Shown piece after piece: positions 1 through 9,000 of a stretch of DNA of 64,000 nucleotides. The notes under the pieces are model-generated. The model was not told the origin of the DNA. It saw only the letters and a program-made list of their open reading frames with translations, and searched no databases. This stretch comes from Lingula anatina. Its lineage: Eukaryota; Animalia; Brachiopoda. Each line of letters starts with the position of its first letter. Positions within the stretch are counted from its first letter, which is position 1. Location: NCBI GenBank assembly GCA_051362555.1, contig CM120642.1, positions 4,278,001 to 4,342,000 on the forward strand, given 5' to 3'. Position numbers and translations under genes: made by a program.

Positions 1-173
1 AACAAAATCATTCATATATCGAATCGATATGTTGCTTTTCGGTTGGAAAAAACTAAAGTGACTCAGTAACATGAATTTAATATCGCTGTAATCGACCAGT
101 ATATGTCAAACTTAATATGTGCACCTTAATTTTACATGTAAGAAAATAGCTTCACAAGTTTTTCCAAATTTAA

Positions 174-820
174 GGATATTGTCACCCTTCGCCCAAAAAT
201 CCTTGTTTGGATAATGAATAAATCTTCAGTGTTCAATGACTAAAATAATTATCATTATTCACACATTTGTCATCTTAAAGGTGACGTCATGATTGCGACT
301 TGGGGTAAAAACTAGTTTCTCAAATTTCTCTTTTACCTAAGCACCCATGACCACCGTTTTAACGCCGATTTAATGACACTATTTAGTACTCAAGCACACT
401 GCATGCTGAAAAGTCTTAGTTCAGCTTTTGTCGTTGATCAAGCAAAATAATACCATTGTTTAATAAAAATCTGTAATAAGGGGCTCATAACTCTACAACA
501 AAAACATTTAAACCAAAATGACGAGATTGTACCCTATACACTCCTGGTCACCTTTACCAATTTTTGTGATAAAATCTAGTTCATGGATAAAGTTACGCTC
601 CATACCGTTTGTTATCTCACCTTAAAATAGAAAGGTGTATAAATGAGTTGCCTATGCTTATACATTGCCACAAAAATATAATACACTGATATTTCATGTT
701 TTCCAGGTATTTTCATTATTTAAAATCAGCACAGATATAGATGCATTACTGTTCATGAATAATAAGACGCAGGAAAAATATCTTTTTTGCATCTGGATGA
801 TAATAAGGGGTTCAATAACC
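174..820. mobile_element. Non-autonomous TIR element with TTAA target duplication (Kolobok-like MITE)
   Basis: TTAA at 170-173 and 821-824. Imperfect TIRs GGATATTGTCACCCT and AGGGGTTCAATAACC. The homologous region near 11930-11945 lacks the insert. Confidence 0.6.
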
Positions 821-1632
821 TTAAACGCGTCTTTTTAAAAACAATTTAAGTTAGGCGCCGTTTTTATCTCCACACCGTTGTAATTTTCAGTCTTTTGTTA
901 ACATCTTTCAAAAAAGATTGGGTTGCCGATAACACGAACGCTTGAAAAAAATATATATGACTGCTACACGAAAATTTAAAACAAAGTTGTGTTTTAATAT
1001 CCCAACATTGCCCTATGGGATACAAATTGAGAGATTAAACATACCAGGCAGTTTATTTGCTCAACTTTTTCTCAATAAAAAGTGGATGTTTGGCCAGGCA
1101 CGATATAGGTTAGGCATTGCCATTGTTGAAAAGTATTGATCATTCTGGGCTGTAGTACAGGGGACCATTTGTGTCCCCATGATTTTCTTCAGATCCACTT
1201 GGTTGGTTTGACACAATAGTAAGAGGCAAGTCAAAAAACTGCTGAACCGCCACCACGAGCAACTGTTTTCACAGTTTCCAGAAATTGTTGCACAAACATT
1301 ACATTAAACACGAAGTTAGCCATCAAAACAAAAAACTTCAAGAAGGAATGTCAATTTATCAGAAAATCTGACATGTCACCAATGAACTTAGCAAATTACT
1401 GTAAATAAGTTGATGGACCCATTAAAAGTGCAGTTCATTCTTTGTTGGGTCATAAGAGATTTCTTTTGTGGTCTGCTTTACCAAAGGTCATCACTGAGGA
1501 TCCTGCCATTTACTGTTCCTCAGAAAAAAACAGGTTTTGACAGGCTGTTGACACTTAATAACAGAAGTTGCTGACAATGCTCACTCCTTACTACTACATA
1601 TCTGGTAGAGCATAAGGTCCTCTGTGGCGCTG

Positions 1633-2028
1633 TTACCTTAAAGATACATACAAAGTCAACTTTTTGTCATAAAAACCAACCAAATTTATATGCCAGCATA
1701 TAGTTTCAAGTAGTATAACTAAGAGAATTACCAAAAGGCATTGTTTAATTTTACCAGAAAGTGATGTTTGAACAGATTTTTCTGCTAGCATTCTATGCTG
1801 TATGTCAATGGGGCAGAAAAGAAGGTCACGAAAGTAGGTTAAATTGACAACCAAAAGTTTAAAGAAAGGAGCACTCTAACGCTCTTTTATGGCTGATCGG
1901 GTGATTTATTCAGTTTATCCCTTGGCATGTCGAATTTATTAGAGTCGTATACGAAACTAGTAGAAGTGGTTTACATGTGTTACTGGGAATCAACGCTCCA
2001 CCGATGCTCGGTTCGTATGTACCTTTAA
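1633..2028 (-). repeat. Dispersed repeat fragment starting TTAAAGGTACATACGAACC, an inverted copy of 34193-34585
   Basis: Reverse complement aligns by eye with 34193-34585. The spurious ORFs 1633-1854(-) and 34367-34591(+) are near-identical. Confidence 0.75.
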
Positions 2029-2442
2029 AGGGACCACGAGTGCAGTAGACTGCATGTTTCCCAGGAGCGGACCCAGGATTATGTGAAGGGGAAGCTTGGC
2101 ATGGGTTTGGGGCCCGCTGAAGGTCATACATGGCATCACCTACATGTGCATTATAAAATATTTGAGAATTAAGGCAAATTCCCGTATTTTGATGGCAATG
2201 TACTAGAAAAGTAAATTACTTACAACAGGTAGCTCATAAATAAATGTAAGTCTATCATGTTTTGACCTCAGGAGAGTGGCTATGTCAGGGTTACATCTGT
2301 CACTTAAGCGTTACACGTGCGTGGTCGTGGGACGTTTGCATCTTGACAGAAGACGTTTTATTCATCCAGCTCCGGGTCCATCACAGTAAAATAGTTGGAT
2401 CGAAACGTGCATAACCACTGATTAAGACACTATTGGTGTGCA

Positions 2443-2507
2443 TATAAAAACGAGGACATAGATAGATAAGTAGTGACTCCCGTCTAAGAAGAACCCGCAT
2501 AAAGTAG
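2443..2507 (+). promoter_or_regulatory. Putative TATA box and non-coding first exon of the secreted peptide gene
   Basis: TATAAAAA at about 2443, donor AG|GTAATT at 2508, matching acceptor TTTAAACAG ending at 3053 just before ATG 3066. Confidence 0.5.
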
Positions 2508-3065
2508 GTAATTTAAAAAGCAGAAAACAATAAGAAAAATGATTCATATCAAATCGAGATTTCTCACTTTTATTTGTGAACCACGTAATATCATGTAATG
2601 TGGTATTAATCTGATAGTGGAGAATAACCGATATGTATTTATTTTTTTCCGTAGAGTGTGGCGAAAAAAGTGGAAAAAATAATCTACCAATATGAATTTC
2701 GTAAGCCGCATATTGTAAATCTTGTCTCGTAGAATTTCAATGCTGGTTAGCGTTATACTTATATAACTTTAATACACAATATCTAAAAACTTCAACTAAA
2801 AAACTAGTAATCATAGATTGTAAATTATTCATGGTTTTGGATGTGGTGTACTTTGGCAATTAAGGGATATTAAAGGTGTTGAAATCTACAGGCAAACCTT
2901 TTGTTGTATAAAGGCCTATTCTCATCGTATACCTTTTAATTTAATATACATGTACATATATGGCATTTATTGATATATGTTCGATGCTACTGTAACCAAA
3001 ATATGACGCCATCCTCATTTGATTATTAACTAATTAATTTTCACTTTAAACAGAACGACAACGCC

Positions 3066-6000
3066 ATGAAGGTTTTCATTCTTTTGGTTGCTTGTGTGGC
3101 GTACGCCAGCGCAGGGATTTGTGAAACCGTCTGCAGTCCTTTGTGCAAAACTGGCGTCACTGCAGCCGGCGCTGCAATCAGTGGAGGCACCGCGGCCGCT
3201 GTAGGCGGAGCCGTCGGCACCGCAGTGTGTGGCGTGAGCTGTGACAAGGTCTGCGACCTGGGCGGTAAAGTGGTTGACTGGATCGGCGGTCTCTTCGGTA
3301 AACGTGATGCACCACATACATGGGTGGTCGTAAGTGTCCAATGACTGACAGACCCATACCTTAAATACTCACTCAACAATATAATTACGTCTCCCATGTA
3401 ATTTCTTTTGATGCTCCTGACTGTTATTCAAAATCCATGCTCTATCCTGGCATAACGTGCAATTGTCGTTATACCTCGGTCAAAAATCGAACCCATCAAC
3501 ATGTTCACCATAGATATACAGTATTGTAATATGCTGGTTTAAATTAATGGTTCTTCGTTGGCCGAGCAGGTGATACCAAGGATTTTAATATATTTCATTA
3601 TCATAAAGTTAATCAATTGTTGCTTTTTAACGGAAAAAACTTTAATGGTTTCTACGAGGCGGCCTCCAAGTAACAAATGCTTGCAAGTTCTTTAAAATTT
3701 TAGTATTAGGGGCTTAAGCTAAATAGACGCTTAAATGGTACTTCAATGCCCCTGAGCCCCCCCCCCTTTTTTTTTTTTTTTTTTTTTTGAGATTTTGCAC
3801 CTAAATCAAACTTTCAGCTGGTTATTTGGTTTGCAGGTTGCTCACTGGGAGGGCGAATTCCCAAGACATTTCAACGAGTATGACACCAACAGAGATGGCC
3901 GCATCTCTCACAGAGAATTTGTCAATGCCATCAATGCTGAAGTGAGAGACCTTGCAGCATTGAAAGCTTTCAAGCTGGCCGACACAAACGGTAAGTGGGC
4001 CAAGATAGATAAGGACAATGCGTCTTGGTGTTATACTTGACTGCTTTTGGTCTCAACTTCCCCAGTTAGTAGCAATTTTATAAAACGTTTATTTGAAATC
4101 TTCTAGATTTGAACAGGTTTGGTTTAGGGCCTGTTCACAATAAACTAGTCACTCAAGCTACTGCGCACTGATTCCAAGGGGACCCTCGCTGAATGCAATC
4201 AGATTAATAGCCCAAACCACCTCCTTCGGCTGGAAATTAAACGAGGATGTTGGAAACAAAAGGAGGCGTGTTAGTCTGTTCAGCGAGAGACCCCGTGGAG
4301 CTAGGACAATTAATCAATTGTGTACGGGACCATAGATTTGTGAACATGTTTACTTTGATAAACTTATATTCTACAGATGGGCGTTATCAATATTTATCAT
4401 TACTGCAGCAGTATACTGTAATGTCAGTAGGTATAGGCCTACACCTTTATACTATCCAAGGATATTGAAAAAGAAAACATTCATTGAATCAACATGCATA
4501 TTGTAGAGGTCTCCGCTTTTCTGCCACCAGTGTACGGTTCTCTTACTTCGCTGCCACCAACAAAACAAGGTCTCTGTTTTGTAAACTTTATTTCTACGAA
4601 TAACTCTCAACACAAATGTACATGTTTCTGTATCTTTTACTAAACACTGTCTCTATTCTTGCTGTACTGCTGTACTTCTAATTTAAACAACTGCAACTCA
4701 GCTACAATAAACTAACTGGAACTATATTGTGAAACTGACTCAAACTAAGTTGTGAAACTAAGTCTGACACTATACTCTCACTGAGTACTGCCACTATACT
4801 CTACAGTAACTCTAACTGGCCAACACTGCGTAGAGCAGCTGTATTTATACATTTCAAAAGTGGACGGCCTTGAATGGTTCACTGCTACTTTGACTGGCAG
4901 CCAGAGGAAAAGTGGACGGCCTTGAATGGTTGACCGCCAACCCCTCTACTGGACACCACAATCCCCTCTTTAGTAAACTGATACCACTTACAAGCCATTC
5001 CAACTTAAGGTTCAAAGTTCAACACACACAAGAATGTAAACAAAAGGCTACAGCTTACTGCAGCAACTTTACCATGAATTTTAAGGCTATGTAAAATCGT
5101 TACACTCTCCCCCCCTAGGTTTGATCCCACCGGGGATCTGCCCAACTACTAAATCAGTTAAAACTAAAAATATTCTGAAACATTTAAGCAGTTAAAAATT
5201 CAGTCAATTCATAAAGTTCATTGAATAGTTCAGTGTCACTTTGATTAATAAACTTACTCTAAATTTCAACATTGGATTAATAAAGATTATCATTTAAAGT
5301 TCATTGCCTGATTCATAATAATGTTCACTTTAAAGTTCAAAGTCTGATTAATAATAATGTTCATTTTAAAAGTTCATTGTCACAGTCAATCAGCAAATCT
5401 CTTGGGAGGTCTTCTTTTCCTTTGTGGTCTTCCCTCATTTCTCAAATTACTGTCAGGTTGGTTCTGGGAAACTTGCGCCTGTTTAGATTGGCCACTCTGC
5501 TTCATTCTGTGTTTGATGGCAGTTCCCTCATGTTTCAGTGGACTGCCTTCTACATAATTACCTTTATGTAAACATTTCTGCAAACTGGACACCCAATCTG
5601 GAACTTGGTCACTTAAAAATGGCTTAAGACGGTCATGGTGCACGATCTTCATTTTACACTTAGGCTTGCCTTTCACTGCAAACAACAAATCACTGTGCTT
5701 TTTGACGACAACAAAAGGTCCTTGCCATTTATCACGTTTCAGCTTTGGGCTCAGTCCCACTGTTCTAGTGCTATCTAGTAAGTACACCAAGTCACCAACT
5801 TTATAGTTATTTTGCGAAATACGGGTGTCATGGTCTCTTTTCTGCCTTTGAAAGTCCTTTTTCAAATGCAATCTCACTATTTCATGAATTCTAGTCATTT
5901 TCTCTTGCAACATTTTGACATACTCTGAAGGAGACGTCACAGATCGGTCTTCTGGTGGTTTTCCAAAGATCAGTTCTGTAGCTGTGTGAACTTCTCTGCC

Positions 6001-9000
6001 TAACATAAGCAAATTAGGGGAATAACCAGTGCTTTCATGTTTACAGCACCTGTATGCTGCAGTCAATAAAGGCAAATGAATGTCCCAATCCCGTTGGTCT
6101 TCTGACACGTAAGATGATATCATGTCACATAACACAATATTGAATCTCTCCACCATTCCATTTCCTGAGGGATGATAGCTGGATGTTCGGGTTTTATTTA
6201 TTTCTAATAGTTGACATACTTGTTTGAATAACTGTGACTCATAGTTGCTACCTTGGTCTGAATGGAGATCAAGGGGTAGGCCAAATCTAGAGAAAAACTC
6301 TGTCACTAGCTTGTGTGCTACAGTTTTAGCTGATATGTCAGGGATGGCATAGCACTCCACCCATTTGGAAAACTGGTCCATTGCTAAAAGTATATATTTA
6401 TTGCCTCTTTCACTGACTGGAAAAGGTCCTAAGATGTCTGTTGCCACTCTGTCCATGGGAGCGCCTACAGCATATCTTATCAAAGGAGCCTTAGGTCTCG
6501 ACCGTGGTCTTTTTCTCCCACCACAAATAGCACATCTTCTTATGTAATCTCTTACACTTTCTTTCATCTTGTACCAGTAGAAGTGTCTTTTCAACTTGCT
6601 CACTGTTTTCTTGACACCGAGATGACCCGACGTGACTTTGTCATGTACGCCCTTCATCACCTCATTCCTCATCTCTTTCGGAACCAATATCTGTAAAAAG
6701 GAACCTGTCTTATCTAACGTTTCCCATCTCTTATATAAAATGCCCTCCTGCAGCACAAGTTGGTCCCAAAGCAACCATAACTGTCGCACTGCAGGACTTT
6801 CTGCGGCCACTTTATCTCTTTCTGGTCTCTGTGATGACTGTTCCTTCCAGTCCAGCACAGTCTTCAACTCAGGGTCTTTACACTGCAAATTAAACAATTC
6901 ATTCACAGTGTAACTGCCCAGCCACTCGGCTGGAAGTCTATCTCTGTCACTCTCAGATTCACTGAGATCTGTATCTTCATCACCATGAGAAAAATCTTGA
7001 TCCTTGAATGTCAAGTTTTCTCTAGGCAGCACTTCCCTTTTCTTGGAAACTCTCATCCTTCGAAGAGAAAGTGCTCTAACTTCCTTAAAGATACACTTGA
7101 ATTTCATGGTCACCCAGCTCAGGATTGCAAAGAACAATGTCAGTAGGGTGTAAAGGCCTGTCAATAAAACTGAACAAGCTGCTGTATACACACGTTTTAC
7201 TGGACATTTTCCTCGGTTTCCCGTTGCTTGACCACTGCCACAGACTCCGTTGTCTGATTTTAGTTCTTTCTTTCGGTTTTCTGTCACTCGTCTGGTTACT
7301 AAAGGGACGACTTCTTCTTCCAGATATCTGGACCATTGTTCATGTTTCTTCTTACACTGTACGCAACCCTCGCATGGCAATTTGCTTAAAATGGACTCCC
7401 CATCATAGCATGTACACTCATCTGGGTCGCATGGAAATCTCGATATTGCATCTGCGTTACCGTGTCTGGCCCCTGCTCGGTGTTCTATTTTAAAATCAAA
7501 CTGTGATAGCACTTCCAGCCATCTGGCCATCTGATCATTGGGCTCCTTAAAGGACATAACCCATCGGAGGGCACTGTGATCGCTTCGTACCAAAAACTGT
7601 CTACCCAATAAATGGTGTCTAAATTGTTGAACAAAGGTAACAACGGCAAGCAGTTCTTTTCTAGTCACGCAGTAACGGCGTTGAGTTTTCGTCAATGACT
7701 TACTTGCATACGCGACTGGTTTCTCTATTTCTTTCTGGGTCTTCTCACACCACTGTAACTGAGATAAAACGGCACCAATGCCCGTGGCTGAAGCATCAGT
7801 GTCAAGAATGTACAATCCTTCGTCTCTCGGATACGCCATTACCTCATTACCTGTAAGGGCACTTTTGAGGTCCTCAAATGCTGTCTGACAAGAGTCCGTC
7901 CAAGTAAACGCCTGGCCGGCCTGGAGCAGATGGTTAATTGGAGCAGCTCTTGTTGAAAATCCTCTAATAAATCTACGATAATATGAGCACAGTCCTAGAA
8001 AACTACGTACATCAGTCAGATTCCTGGGAACTGGCCATTTCTTTATACACTCTACCTTCTCAGGATCTGGTTTAACGCCATCTTGTGTCACTACATGTCC
8101 CAAAAACTGAACTTCAGTCTGGAACAACCTGCATTTGCTTGGTTTCAGTTTTAGCCCTGCTTTCCCAAGACGATTAAAAACCTCGTCAAGTCTCTTATAG
8201 TGTTCTTCAAATGATTTACCAAACACAATAATGTCATCAAGGTAAATCAACACTGTCTGCCACTGCAAACCACGTAAAATCAGTTCCATACACCGTTCGA
8301 AGGTTGAAGGAGAATTAGAAAGACCAAAAGGCATAACATTATATTCGAATAACCCATTTCTTGTCACAAATGCAGTCTTTGGCTTATCTTCTTCTGCTAC
8401 CTCGATTTGATAATACCCGCTCTGGCAATCAGCTATTGAGAAGAAAATTGAACCACCAAGAGAGTCTAAACAGTCATTTATTCGAGGAAGAGGGTAAGCA
8501 TCTTTCACTGTTACATCATTTAAGCGTCTATAGTCAACACAGGGTCTTGTTGTTCCATCCTTTTTCTTGACATAAACTAGTGGAGCTGACCAAGGTGAGG
8601 TGGACTCTCTAATAACACCATTTTGGAGCTGTTCCTGAATTATTTTCTCTTCTTCTCCAGCAAACGCTCTAGGGGGTCTTCTGGGCTGCTGTTTTATGGG
8701 TCTTGCATCACCAGTGACGATCTTATGCTTCACGACAGATGTGTGACCCATGTCACTGGAAGACTTGGCAAAAACATCACTGTGCTTCTGCAGGAGTTTC
8801 TTTAATTCACATCTTTCAAAGTCAGTCAAATTCTCACCTGACTGTTTATAGAGGTCAGCCAGGTACTCAGGCAATTCTAGGCTATGAAGGGTTAAGTCTG
8901 ACTTTTGTTTACCAGGGGTTAAGTCTGCTCGTAAGATGGGCACAGAAAGGCTATCTTCAAGTTTATCACCAATCACATGGTCTACTTCATGTAAATGAGC

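Noticed and set aside
3030-3397. Two antisense ORFs (103 and 118 aa) over the peptide exon
   Set aside because: Shadows of a GC-rich coding exon. The plus frame has the signal peptide and the splice sites.
4912-5094. Identical 60-aa ORFs at 4912 and 11304
   Set aside because: They lie in the two LTRs, start at GTG and are antisense to the element. The identity reflects LTR duplication.
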